A stretch of 64,000 bases of DNA from positions 26,695 through 90,694 of the forward strand of contig DAZE01000021.1 in assembly GCA_002507175.1 (NCBI GenBank), in the 5' to 3' direction. Of this stretch, positions 36,179 to 46,900 are shown one piece after another. Within the stretch, counting starts at the first letter, position 1; each line of letters opens with the position of its first letter. The notes below the pieces were generated by a model that ran no database searches, was not told the DNA's origin, and saw only the letters and a list, made by a program, of their open reading frames with translations. The translations under genes were made by a program, and so were the position numbers. This DNA comes from Euryarchaeota archaeon UBA558 (GTDB taxonomy: Archaea; Thermoplasmatota; Poseidoniia; Poseidoniales; Thalassarchaeaceae).

Positions 36179-39100
36179 ATGAAGAGCAAAGCATTGGTAC
36201 TCATTCTGATACTCTCGACAATGGTCGCCCTGGTAGCACCGGCTTCTTCGGTGTCTGCCCAGAATGCTACCAGTTCAGGGTACATTGACTCCATCGAGAC
36301 CTGGTCTGGTTCACACGCTGTCAGTGGAGACATAATCATATCACCGGGTGCTAAGCTGATTATCGAACCTTCAACTCAAATCACCTTCTCAAATGGCACA
36401 TCTTTGGAGGCACGGGGGAACCTATGCATTGGCGCTGCATCCTGCGGCGCCTCTCAAGATGCAACCTCCACCAGTCGGATAACAATGACATGGCTTGAGC
36501 CGTCGAACGCCTCTGCAAATGGGGATTGTAGAGGTATGACCTTTGGAACATCCACGCTTACGATAGATGACCCCTCGTGCGGGGAAGGAATCGTCATTCG
36601 AAGCACAATAGACCTCTCAGAGACTGCCCTCCGTCAACTGGACATCGACTCAGCATGGGGCGTTCCGTTCCCAGTCCCAACCGTTAACCAATTTCGATAT
36701 GGTGCTTTGGTATTGCAAGGAGCATCCCCCGAATTAGTTGAATTGGAGTTTACTGATACGAACACATCTAGCGTACTCGCAACAGAATTGGCTCAACCTA
36801 GATTCATCGGAGGTCTTTACACTGTTGGAAATGATGGGCAGAGCGGTGTAACAGGGAACGCCGTACAAATATATGGAGGAGGTACAGGAAGCGTCCCTGT
36901 ACTTTTTGAGAATTCAGATTTTGTTTCAACTGAAAGGGGATGTCGAAATCAGGATAACGGGCGATCTGCTGTGTGGGTTGAAGAGTCATTCGCAGAATTC
37001 GTCAATATCAATGTCATCAGTGGTGATTTTGGATTGAGTTTCAGATCTTCTGCTGGGAAGGTTTCAGAATCATCTTTGAGTGTTAACTGCAATGGTGTGG
37101 ACATCAATGGTATGATCTCGGTAGGAACCAAAGAATATCCTACCAATGTTTCAAACAATGTCATCACCACAGTTGAGGGCACCCCGATAACCGCTTATGC
37201 AGGGTCATTAGCCGAGATCCATAACAACACCTTGAGCGGAGCATCGGGAGGATCTGGCATCGCAGTTCAATCAAGTCGCGCGACAATTCACGGTAACAAC
37301 ATCGGCCCCATAGATGGTTGGAACGGACTATGGCTCATTGGTTCCTTCGATGTCGATGCCCAGAATAACACGATAAGCGACATAGCTAGGGAACCCGTAA
37401 TCGCGGGGGACTACTGGGCGGGGGACAACCCTGACGTCAGGAGGCTTTACTTTGCTAATAATCAGGTTTCAACCCCAGGGACCGGCAGCTGCCAAAGCAA
37501 CACTCACTGGGGTGGGGAGTTTACATGCCCAGTAGTCATGGTCCATAGGGCTGGGGCAACACTGGTGGACAACGTTTTCACTGCGGGTGGTTCTGCGGAT
37601 GGAATCAGGGCAACTGGAGCCTTACTAAATGTCCAAAGGAATACTTGGAACATAAACGCAGTTGGAGCTGTAATACAGAATTATGACACCGGGGCTGCCG
37701 GAGCCCAACAATATGGGTCATTAGCGTTCTTCACCGAAAATCAATGGAATGGAGTCACAAGCACCTACGATGTGACGAAATCTTCAGTCACAGTACAATC
37801 AGAAACCATTCCGAATGCCGCAGATGGCGAAGTACCGGTCAGTCTCGCTTGGGATGACCAAGAGGCATGGCCAGGTGTAGTCGACAATGATAATGACGGG
37901 ATTCCAGATGGTGATTGGGACACAAATATCGTGCCACACCAGACGACAAGCTGCGCTATATGCCCAGATTATACTCCTCGTGATTTCCCCTTGGCGCTAA
38001 GCATGGACAACAATTCCACAGTCTTCACATTTTCCAACGTATTGAATTTGGATCTTTCGAAAATCCAAATTGCGACGCAGCCAACGTTTTACTCCGTTCA
38101 AGTCAAGCGGGCAGAGATGGTTAGGTTCCAAGCGATGGCTAAAGGTTCGGCGGTCCCTGGGGCGAACATCCTGATCGAAGACGGGGTTGGCAACGATCTT
38201 TACTCCCTCGAGACCCTTGATGATGGTCGGACACCATGGATCGCGCTTCCATCAAATTCACACTTAGACTTCAGAGGGCTTCAGGGTGGTGACAACCCAG
38301 ATGGCTACGCAGATGATGAATACGAAGACTCCTGCTCAGATGGGATAGACAACGATGGCGACCTTTTCTACGATACGCAAGATGACTCATGCGACTATTC
38401 AATTGGCTCTCGAGAAATGTCGAAATACTTTGTCACTGGGTACAAATTTGGATCAGGATACTATCATTATGACTTCCTGCTTCAGGAGGCAACATACGAG
38501 GGAACTGTGGTTCTAGAGAACGATGCACCTTCAATTAGCGTCGATGAGTCGAGCGATACCTCATTCAAGAGAACAGTCACAATCACAGGTTCAGCATGGG
38601 ACGGTGAATGGATAGGAGTCTACCCGTCCGCAGAGGAATCCATGTGGGCGCAGAAGGGATATGTTCACAGGGTTGAGGTCAAGGACCCATTCACTGGCTC
38701 TTGGTATCACGCAGGAATCGCTACCGATACCTCTGGAATGGCTGCGGGAGAAGTCACAGGGACAAATCATCCGTTCAGAACATGGGAATACTCTTTGGAC
38801 ATGTCTACGTATCCTGAGGACGACTATGTCTTTGAAATACGGTCCTTCGACGGACTCGACTACAGTGAAATCATAACGAAGACTGTTAAACTCAACACAC
38901 AACCCCCCTTGGTATCCATTTCAGAGCCAGCAGATTCAACAACCCACAGGAATGATAACAAGAAAATAACGTTCACTGGGACAGCAAACGATGACTATGG
39001 ATGCCCGACTAACTGCGGTGCCGACATACAAAACGTATTTTTTGTTATTGAGGGATCGGAATATTACAGCGATACACCAGCTGACGCCTTATGGTCTGGG

Positions 39101-40408
39101 AATACATGGACCTACGAATGGAGCTACGCCGCCCTCCCCAGAATCTCGGATGATTACACTTTCACCATATGGGCATCTGACTCAGATTTTTGCGTGGGAA
39201 TCGTGGATGAATGCAACCCAGTGGTAATGACTTTAACAATCGACAATGAAAATCGAAACCCACTGATACAACTGTCCCAACCTGTGGACGGAACATACGT
39301 GGAGGCATCAGATAACACAGTGATTTCGGGAGTCGCCCAAGACCCTGATGGCCTGGTAAACAGGATAGACATCGAAATTCGAGACCCCATTGATGGCATC
39401 ATCATTGATACAATCACCCTCACGGGTTCAGAAATTGATGGTAATTATTGGTCCACCCAATGGGACTCCGGGAATTTACAACATGATCGTCCATACACTA
39501 TCTATGCACGTAGTTTTGATGGCATCGGATACTCACAATGGGACCAGACCGAGTTCATCGCAGACAACCCACCGAACAAAGACAATAATCGGCCAGTATT
39601 CGACAACACAGGTTGGGAACGAGAGTTCACGCTGTATTGCGATGCTGAGAACCTAGACCTTCTGGATCGGTGCACATTTGCAACAATCGACCTAAATGAC
39701 CATTTTTCAGACCCTGATGTTGAACAGGACATTATCCTGGCAGTTGTCGATGACCAACATGCCATTGGCATTAGAATAGACTCGTCAGGCATCGCTACCT
39801 ACGATCCTGATGTGATGGCCTTCTACACTACGGACATGTCTGAATGGACTATGGAAAACGTCGTGTTTATCGCACAAGACGTCTTTGGGTCAAAGGTCCA
39901 GTCAGATCCTGTCGATTTCATCGTGATCCCAACAATATTTTCTGTCAATGCTCCGGATCAAACCTCAATAGGATCTGGTGATAATGGAATATTATTCGAC
40001 GGAACTGGCATTCCAGGTAGGGCTGTCACTGCCTACATTGATTCAAATCCCGCTAATTCGACGGTAGTCAGAGATGATAGCACGTGGGAACTTCTCATAC
40101 CATCAAATAGGATCATCGGTGCCGTGACCCCCCAATTCACCATGGGGGTTGGCACACCAATCGATGGCGTGACGATATCGGATGGCTCAGGTGACGATGA
40201 TGGACTCCCACTGGGATTAATTGGAGCCCTAGTCTTGTTGATGGTAATTCTAGTCGCTACTGGTGCAAGATTTATCGAGTTTGGTGAAGAAGAGGGAATC
40301 CAAGAAGACGATCAGACTGAAGATCAGAGGTATGTCAAAGACGCAGACAATCCTGGTTGGCTGTGGGATATAGAGGCTGGAGAATGGGTTCCTGAGGGCG
40401 AAAGTTGA
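36179..40408 (+). CDS. giant surface protein: right-handed parallel beta-helix (PbH1/NosD-like) plus Ig-like domains, C-terminal TM anchor
   Basis: The ATG at 36179 gives the signal MKSKALVLILILSTMVALVAPASSVSAQ, while the track start at 36050 overlaps the protease gene. Beta-helix repeats recur (NNVITT..G.PI; IHNNTLSGASGGSGIAV; IHGNNIG; NNTISD; ANNQVS). Also present are an acidic DNDNDGIPDGDWD motif, CSDGIDNDGDLFYDTQDDSCD, and Ig-like modules (ITFTGTANDDYG, ISGVAQDPDG). The TM is LGLIGALVLLMVILVATGA, followed by an acidic Trp-rich tail. Confidence 0.8.
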   Translation: MKSKALVLILILSTMVALVAPASSVSAQNATSSGYIDSIETWSGSHAVSGDIIISPGAKLIIEPSTQITFSNGTSLEARGNLCIGAASCGASQDATSTSRITMTWLEPSNASANGDCRGMTFGTSTLTIDDPSCGEGIVIRSTIDLSETALRQLDIDSAWGVPFPVPTVNQFRYGALVLQGASPELVELEFTDTNTSSVLATELAQPRFIGGLYTVGNDGQSGVTGNAVQIYGGGTGSVPVLFENSDFVSTERGCRNQDNGRSAVWVEESFAEFVNINVISGDFGLSFRSSAGKVSESSLSVNCNGVDINGMISVGTKEYPTNVSNNVITTVEGTPITAYAGSLAEIHNNTLSGASGGSGIAVQSSRATIHGNNIGPIDGWNGLWLIGSFDVDAQNNTISDIAREPVIAGDYWAGDNPDVRRLYFANNQVSTPGTGSCQSNTHWGGEFTCPVVMVHRAGATLVDNVFTAGGSADGIRATGALLNVQRNTWNINAVGAVIQNYDTGAAGAQQYGSLAFFTENQWNGVTSTYDVTKSSVTVQSETIPNAADGEVPVSLAWDDQEAWPGVVDNDNDGIPDGDWDTNIVPHQTTSCAICPDYTPRDFPLALSMDNNSTVFTFSNVLNLDLSKIQIATQPTFYSVQVKRAEMVRFQAMAKGSAVPGANILIEDGVGNDLYSLETLDDGRTPWIALPSNSHLDFRGLQGGDNPDGYADDEYEDSCSDGIDNDGDLFYDTQDDSCDYSIGSREMSKYFVTGYKFGSGYYHYDFLLQEATYEGTVVLENDAPSISVDESSDTSFKRTVTITGSAWDGEWIGVYPSAEESMWAQKGYVHRVEVKDPFTGSWYHAGIATDTSGMAAGEVTGTNHPFRTWEYSLDMSTYPEDDYVFEIRSFDGLDYSEIITKTVKLNTQPPLVSISEPADSTTHRNDNKKITFTGTANDDYGCPTNCGADIQNVFFVIEGSEYYSDTPADALWSGNTWTYEWSYAALPRISDDYTFTIWASDSDFCVGIVDECNPVVMTLTIDNENRNPLIQLSQPVDGTYVEASDNTVISGVAQDPDGLVNRIDIEIRDPIDGIIIDTITLTGSEIDGNYWSTQWDSGNLQHDRPYTIYARSFDGIGYSQWDQTEFIADNPPNKDNNRPVFDNTGWEREFTLYCDAENLDLLDRCTFATIDLNDHFSDPDVEQDIILAVVDDQHAIGIRIDSSGIATYDPDVMAFYTTDMSEWTMENVVFIAQDVFGSKVQSDPVDFIVIPTIFSVNAPDQTSIGSGDNGILFDGTGIPGRAVTAYIDSNPANSTVVRDDSTWELLIPSNRIIGAVTPQFTMGVGTPIDGVTISDGSGDDDGLPLGLIGALVLLMVILVATGARFIEFGEEEGIQEDDQTEDQRYVKDADNPGWLWDIEAGEWVPEGES

Positions 40409-40472
40409 GTATTACCCTGCCACGATCATCTGTAAACAATCCTTTTCATTGAGAAGGGCGTAAGCCAAAATC

Positions 40473-42998
40473 GTGTCTCGTCACAATACCGCCCGGCCTG
40501 GTGTGCAAATCCGCATACTGCTCCATCTTAGGGACTATGCTGATTACCGGGATCGGGTCGAAGTACCATTTGCACTATCTCAGATGGGTATCGCGAATGC
40601 TGTGTCAATTGCTAGGTCGAACGTACCTAGGGCGATTAGCTCCTTGAAAGAATCGGGTTATGTCATTGAAAGACAGGCACATATCACAGGAGTCACAAGG
40701 AAAAGAAAGGCATACTTCCTAACTGATGAAGGGGTGTCGCTTTCCGACGAAGTATGGGAATCAGTGTCGGAAAAATTCGTGAAAACCATTAATTCTGGAG
40801 GGGTAGTTGAAGAACTCTCAATAGCGGATTTGGTATCAAAATCAGAGATCGATCTACGGCATGTTGACATTCTGAGGTACATGGACGATGATGCGACAAT
40901 CGATCTAACAAGCCTAAACCCAGATCTAATTGAGAGGGACCTGACCAAACACATTGAACGGCAATTTGTCTCATCTCTGGCGGACATGCCTCGTGTCAAG
41001 CAATTTTTTGGGAGAGACAGGGAGTTAGATCAAATCGCAACCCTTCTCGAACAATCATCAACATCTGTGATTGTCCCAGGAATTGCTGGAATTGGCAAAA
41101 CAGCCCTAGCTGTCAAAGTGATTGAACGCTTCACTCATAGGAGAAATCTCCTATTCCATAGATGCCAGGAGTGGGATGGATCACGCGCCTTTTTGGAGGC
41201 TATTGGAGAGTGGCAGGGCCTACTGGGCCAAACGGAGTTGTCAGATTATCTTCAGGGTGCACAAACTCCCAGTCCTTCTATTTGCTCAAATCTAATCATC
41301 GAGGGGTTGAATAGATCACCATCTTTGGTGGTAATTGACGACGTACACAAAATAAGCGACGAAGCTCTAGCAACCATCCTAATTTCTGTCTCCAATAGGA
41401 TAGATGAATGTAAGCAGTCAGGAATAGTCCTCTTCACGAGATCATTCAGGAGGATGATCCCCGAGTTCGACACCAGGGGCAGGAGGGTCTCCACCTACCT
41501 GAGGCTCGAGGGCCTTGATCGCGATGCAAGCAGGCAACTCTTGAGTTCAATGCCCTCCATAGAGGACCCTGACTTCTCTCACATTTATGCCCTATCTAGG
41601 GGACACCCTCTTGTACTGGAACTGATAAATAGAGGAAACTTGGCCAATTCAGTACACACAACCCTTGAAGCATTCATAGAGAAGGAGATATTCAGCAGGC
41701 TCAACTCAGATGAAAAGAACATACTGGGTGCTATCTCTGTGTTCAGGGAGCCCATCCCCTTGGAGGCACTTCCCGGGAAAACAACCTCGGACTCGATTGA
41801 GAGCCTCATCGATAGAGGCCTAGCACGAAGGGCAAACCAAGATGAGTTAGATGTGCACGATTTGGTCAGAGAATTCTCATCTAGGTCTATGGATGAACAA
41901 ATACAACGAGACTTGCATAAACACGCTGCCGAATGGTACGGAAAAAAGTCAATGACGACCGGAGACAGGATAGAACATTTTCATCATCTGAACATGGCCA
42001 ACGATCTCGAGGCCCTTTCAGGAGTTCTGAAAAGCCACGGCCGGGATTTAGTGAAAGGCGGTCATACAGAACTACTCGGAATTTTAAGGGCCATAGAGGA
42101 TAACGGACTTGACCCAGATACACAATCAATGGTGCATGAGCTCTCTGGGGAAATTTTACTCATTCAAGGAATATGGGACGAGGCAGAGAAGGAACTCGAC
42201 TCAGCAGCATCCATTGCAAAGCGCATGAAGGATCCAAAAAGAATGTCGAGAATCCTCTCAACTCAGGCCGATTTAGAGGTCAAGCGCGGTGCTTTGGACG
42301 ATGCTCTTGAGACCCTGAGGCAAGCATTGGGCCTTCAAATCAAAACAAATGACGCCAAGGGTGCTGCAGACTCATATATCAGCATGGGAGCAATATTCAG
42401 GCAAAGGAGAGACGATCGTAGGGCAAGAGAGGTTTATGAGAACGTGGAGGAGATGTTGATGGTTGAAGATGCAGGGAAATTGATATCAGCACGGTTGAGA
42501 TTAGCCGATGGCTTCCTTGAGATCGGAGAGTCTGAGAAAGCAAGGAAGCATGCTATGGGCGTACACGATTTGTCCTTGGAATTGAATGAGCACCAACTAC
42601 ACGCACGATCGAGGGTCATACTGGGCAGGTACTATGCGAAGACGAGGGACTCAGAACTATCCCTGCTGCATTACAACGCGGCACTTGAGACGTTCTCCGA
42701 AGAGGCCAACCCGACCAATGCCGTTGAGACAGAGATGCTGCTCGGCCAGGTTCTGGTTGACGTTGGTAGAACCTCTGAGGCATCAGAACACTACCTAGAT
42801 GCCCTTTCAATCGCTGAAGCGAACGACTTCAGGCTATTACAAGCGGAAATTCTCGCTCGGTTAGGGACAATCAGGGGTGATAGATCCGAGAGGGTCGCCT
42901 ACCTGCAAAGATCCCTTTCCGTATTCAAAGACCTAGGGGCCCACACTAGGATGAAAGAAATTCAAAACTCAGTTCACAGGGCTTTGATGGGAAGGTAA
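40473..42998 (+). CDS. wHTH - P-loop ATPase (AAA_16/STAND-like) - TPR regulator
   Basis: GTG start. The N-terminal winged HTH is LSQMGIANAVSIARSNVPRAISSLKESGYVIERQ...KRKAYFLTDEG. It is followed by FFGRDRELDQI, Walker A PGIAGIGKTALA and Walker B LVVIDDVHKI. The C-terminal ~330 aa are TPR-like helical repeats (A..Y..A/L periodicity). Confidence 0.75.
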   Translation: MSRHNTARPGVQIRILLHLRDYADYRDRVEVPFALSQMGIANAVSIARSNVPRAISSLKESGYVIERQAHITGVTRKRKAYFLTDEGVSLSDEVWESVSEKFVKTINSGGVVEELSIADLVSKSEIDLRHVDILRYMDDDATIDLTSLNPDLIERDLTKHIERQFVSSLADMPRVKQFFGRDRELDQIATLLEQSSTSVIVPGIAGIGKTALAVKVIERFTHRRNLLFHRCQEWDGSRAFLEAIGEWQGLLGQTELSDYLQGAQTPSPSICSNLIIEGLNRSPSLVVIDDVHKISDEALATILISVSNRIDECKQSGIVLFTRSFRRMIPEFDTRGRRVSTYLRLEGLDRDASRQLLSSMPSIEDPDFSHIYALSRGHPLVLELINRGNLANSVHTTLEAFIEKEIFSRLNSDEKNILGAISVFREPIPLEALPGKTTSDSIESLIDRGLARRANQDELDVHDLVREFSSRSMDEQIQRDLHKHAAEWYGKKSMTTGDRIEHFHHLNMANDLEALSGVLKSHGRDLVKGGHTELLGILRAIEDNGLDPDTQSMVHELSGEILLIQGIWDEAEKELDSAASIAKRMKDPKRMSRILSTQADLEVKRGALDDALETLRQALGLQIKTNDAKGAADSYISMGAIFRQRRDDRRAREVYENVEEMLMVEDAGKLISARLRLADGFLEIGESEKARKHAMGVHDLSLELNEHQLHARSRVILGRYYAKTRDSELSLLHYNAALETFSEEANPTNAVETEMLLGQVLVDVGRTSEASEHYLDALSIAEANDFRLLQAEILARLGTIRGDRSERVAYLQRSLSVFKDLGAHTRMKEIQNSVHRALMGR

Positions 42999-43931
42999 TC
43001 AGTGATCCATCGAAATCCTCTTGCTTGCATCCTCCCCTATGCTATGAGTAAATTCGGGACCTTTCTTTCCAGAAATTGATAGGTCGCCATCAAAAAAATC
43101 ATGAATTTTCATCAAAACTTCGCTTTCTGCTATGTGAGGGGCGTTGTTTTTCTCAGATAGGTGGCAGAGCACGATAGATTTCGTTGATGCTGTGACTACT
43201 TCACGCAGGATGTTTGCTGTCTGGAGGTTGGAAAGGTGGCCACCGCGGCCAGAGATCCTTCTTTTTAGCGAATCGGGATAAGGGCCATTGAGAAGCTTAT
43301 TTTGATCATAATTCGCCTCGATGGAGATATGAGAACAGCCTTTCAGATGCTTTTTCAACTCATCGGTGGCTTCACCTAAATCAGTGACATAGGCTGCCCT
43401 TTCCCCTCCAGTGAAAATGATGAATGCAACATTATCTGCATTATCGTGGGGCACTGGAATCGGCATGACGCTAACATTGTTGTTAATCTCAATTCGATCT
43501 AGATCCGAAAAGGTTCGGACCTCCGACATAGGCTGCCAACCCATCCTAATCGCTGTTTCCAAGTTAGAATGCAATCTTGCACTCCATTTTATTGAAGATT
43601 TCAATGCGGATTTTGAGTGATCGGCATGATGGTGAGTGATTAGAATGTGGTCAATCTGATTTGGATTAATCCCGGCCAATAAAAGCCTTTTTTCCATCTG
43701 TTTTGTTGATAGCCCGCAGTCTATCAGAAATACCGTGTCCCCGTTTTTGTACACCACTGAATTGCCTGAACTACCAGAGCCTAGGTGTGTGATCTCAAGG
43801 GACACAATACAATGGTGTGTAAGTCGATCAATGAATGAATCTGTCGTAGGACGTCGAGCATAGGTATTGCTAGAATTATGGCAGTCGTACGAACACCGCT
43901 CCATTATGGTGATATATGGTCTGATAATCAC
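42999..43931 (-). CDS. metallo-beta-lactamase-fold hydrolase (YycJ/PhnP-like, COG1235)
   Basis: Carries HLGSGSSGNS...FLIDCG...ILITHHHADH (the HxHxDH motif). An in-frame GTG at 43805 (VSLEITHLGSGSSGN) would give a typical ~268-aa protein and free about 144 nt for divergent promoters. Confidence 0.75.
   Translation of the reverse strand: MIIRPYITIMERCSYDCHNSSNTYARRPTTDSFIDRLTHHCIVSLEITHLGSGSSGNSVVYKNGDTVFLIDCGLSTKQMEKRLLLAGINPNQIDHILITHHHADHSKSALKSSIKWSARLHSNLETAIRMGWQPMSEVRTFSDLDRIEINNNVSVMPIPVPHDNADNVAFIIFTGGERAAYVTDLGEATDELKKHLKGCSHISIEANYDQNKLLNGPYPDSLKRRISGRGGHLSNLQTANILREVVTASTKSIVLCHLSEKNNAPHIAESEVLMKIHDFFDGDLSISGKKGPEFTHSIGEDASKRISMDH
43912..43917 (+). promoter_or_regulatory. TATA-like ATATAT about 35 nt upstream of the ATG at 43950
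   Basis: This is the only strongly AT-rich hexamer in the divergent region between the MBL gene and the TSP3 giant gene. Confidence 0.25.
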
Positions 43932-43949
43932 CGCGAAGCGGGGACCGGC

Positions 43950-46900
43950 ATGAGGAGGAAACAGACAGCTGCCTTCCTCGCGATAATCATGCTATCCAGT
44001 GTCCTATTCCTCTCTCAGACTAGACCACAGAGCCCCGTTGGGACCACTAACCCCGAAGAGGCTACCGGAGGTGCACCAATCGCCGTCGACACTGATGAGG
44101 ATCTGATACCAGATGTCCATGAAAGTGCCTTTTCTGAATCTATTAGCATTGCCACATTGGAGGGAGGCTTTGCTGTGTCCGGTTTGGATCCTCTGGACTC
44201 CACGGACAACCTCAGCGATTATGACAGAGATGGCGCAAGCGCCTTGCAAGAATTCTGCTGGCCATACAGCCTAGAGTCTTGTTTCACGACCAGATTATCC
44301 TTGACAGGAAAATCCCCGGAGGAAACCGAGAGTGGATTCAGGGAGTACCTAGATCCAAGGAAGTCAGACACCGATGGAGATGGTCTTCCAGACGGCTTTG
44401 AGATTAGTATGTGCACAGATGGAGGTGCCGGATATATTGATCAGGCTTCTACTGCGTGGGTGTGCCTCCACTTTGACCCATTAGATCCCAGGGATGCATT
44501 CGAGGATCCAGATCAATGCCTTGGCCTACTTGAGTGGGGCTGTGGAGACGGATATGATTTCGACAGGGACGGAATCCTAGAACCCGGGGAGCGTTTTACG
44601 AGCTCTGAAGAATACAGGTATGCCCAGCCTGATAACTGGGTCGATGAGAGGGACGGACTTTGGTGTCAGGGCCCGATACCAGGGATAGCCGAGGGAGCAT
44701 GCCAATCCATGGTAGAGTCGGAAACTGGATCGCCTGGTTGGCTAGGTAGCGACCCAAGGTATCCAGACTCCGACTCATTCGCCATTGTTGATGGAGTTCC
44801 TACGCCATTAGCTGTGAGTGGCGATGGAATAACAGATGGCTGGGAACATCACTATGGATTGGATCCAAGGAATGCATCAGATGCGATCCTTGATTCCGAT
44901 CAGGATGGTTGGGATTCAAGTAGAGACGGAATATTGACCCCTGACAATTCAATCGCGACATCAATGTGGGGCGAGGCACTAAGCAATTATGAAGAGTTTA
45001 GGATATCACAAGACGATGGGTTCTCAGTAAGGCCCGGGTTATATCTCAGTTCCATGGACCGACCGTTGGAAGCTAATTTTCTGACTGAGACCTCACAACC
45101 GAGGATCGCAGATTCGGCGATTGTCGGTACCCACGTATCGGAAAACCAAGGAATAGTGGTAATCACCTCTAGAAATGGAGTGACAATCCTAGATCCATTA
45201 TCCTACACGACCCAAATCTTTGACCAACCTGTACCTGGGACAATATCAGATTCCTTGCTAATCTCTTTGGCAGACAACTCTGTCGCTCTCGTGCTGACAT
45301 CCAACCTTGGTATCGGGGCATTCCAACTCACTCAAGAAGGACTGAACCCCGACTCTTCCTTCTTCCTCCAATCAGACCCAATATTGTCCGCTAATCCATT
45401 GTCCTCATCAATGGGGCCAGGGGCGCTCCTTATTTTTGGAAAAGGTGGACAAGCACACACAACAAGGATCAATCTTGACCAAGGAGTCATATCAATTGAG
45501 AGCCCAACAACTGTGGAAGTACTTGAACAGACTCTCAGGGCCAGAAACGCCACGGGTTCCGTTTCTCTACATGTCGAGAGACCAGGTGACACTCCTCTTC
45601 TTTTGATTGGCACGGACAGCGGTTTGATCCGCTGGACGACAAATGATCTCTCAGACACCTTCGGATCACCTATCTGGGTGTATACTAGGGACAACGCAGA
45701 AACCTTTGTTGGAATTGCAGACTTACTCAACTCATCTAAATCGGCAATTGTGAACCTTCTTGAGCCTGCGGGGGTACTAACCAGCAGTGGGCAAATTGGG
45801 CAGTTGACAGGCGTGTGGCTAGGAACTCCCTCAGGCATTCACTTCATCGATCTAGAGGATCTGATTTTTGACCCTCTTTTCGCCATATCCAATGAGAGAA
45901 TGTACAATCCTGAGGCGTGGCTCTCCGGTGGGAATGATGTACTATCTGTTAAGCAAATCCCGGGCATGCTACTCGTTGGTTCAAGGGATGGTTTGTGGGC
46001 ATTAGAGGGTGATGGTAGTGGAATATTAGGCATGATTGAACCTCCTGTCATGATGCGAGGTCCAATTTCAGATGTTACATCCTGGTCCTCTGATGGTGAG
46101 CAGTGGATTGCCTCAGGGGTTGAATCTGGACAATACATGAATATCCACCCCATCGACCCAACATCTCCGGACTCTGATTACGATGGCATGCCCGATGGAT
46201 GGGAATTCTATCATGGCCTTGATCCAACGAACCCATACGATGCACCACGCGACAAGGACACTGATGGATTCGAGGTTGATGGCCCATTTGGATTTGAAGC
46301 TCCGTGGACAAACTTAGACGAATTTCGCTACACCTCCATATCCGAAAACGGATCGAATGGAACTGACCCGCGATTGGTGGATTCCGATGGAGATGGCCTG
46401 TCCGATGGTGAAGAGTATTGGGGATGGTTTTACGATTCTACTTTGTTTCAGTGCCACTATCTTTCAACCGGTGGACCTGGCACACCAGCTCAAATATGCG
46501 ATGAATCGGACGGCGTTCTTGCTAGACAGGTCCATTTGGCAGGCTGGCTAAATTCCGGATCAGGAGGTGGGACAGACGTTCCAACAGATCCAACTAATCC
46601 AGACACGGACGGCGATGGGATGCCGGATGGATGGGAAATCAGAAACAGACGGTGGATAGGCGTCGACTACACAGGAGGAAATCTCTGGACACTTGATCCC
46701 CTCGACCCATCGGATGCAAACGAAGATGCAGATGGCGATGGCCTTACCAATGCCTGTGAGTATCGGTGGTCAGTTCTGCTTGAGACTGTCAGAGAGAACG
46801 GCCTGACAACACACGGGGAGTCGGCCCAAAGCGCCGCATCATGGGTCGCGACCGATCCAAACCTCATTGACTCAGACGGGGACAGTTTGCCTGATGGTTG

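Noticed and set aside
40473-43931. Calling the STAND-like ATPase plus MBL pair an antiviral defence system
   Set aside because: The N-terminal domain is a winged HTH rather than a nuclease, protease or TIR-type effector. The MBL protein looks like the common YycJ/PhnP housekeeping type. It is kept only as a low-probability alternative in the findings.
45332-46153. Minus-strand ORFs of 168 aa and 104 aa inside the TSP3 giant gene, and the many other 60-150-aa antisense or off-frame ORFs in the track
   Set aside because: All are nested in long, motif-supported genes on the other strand or frame. Their compositions are Ser/Pro/Arg-rich, typical of non-coding frames.
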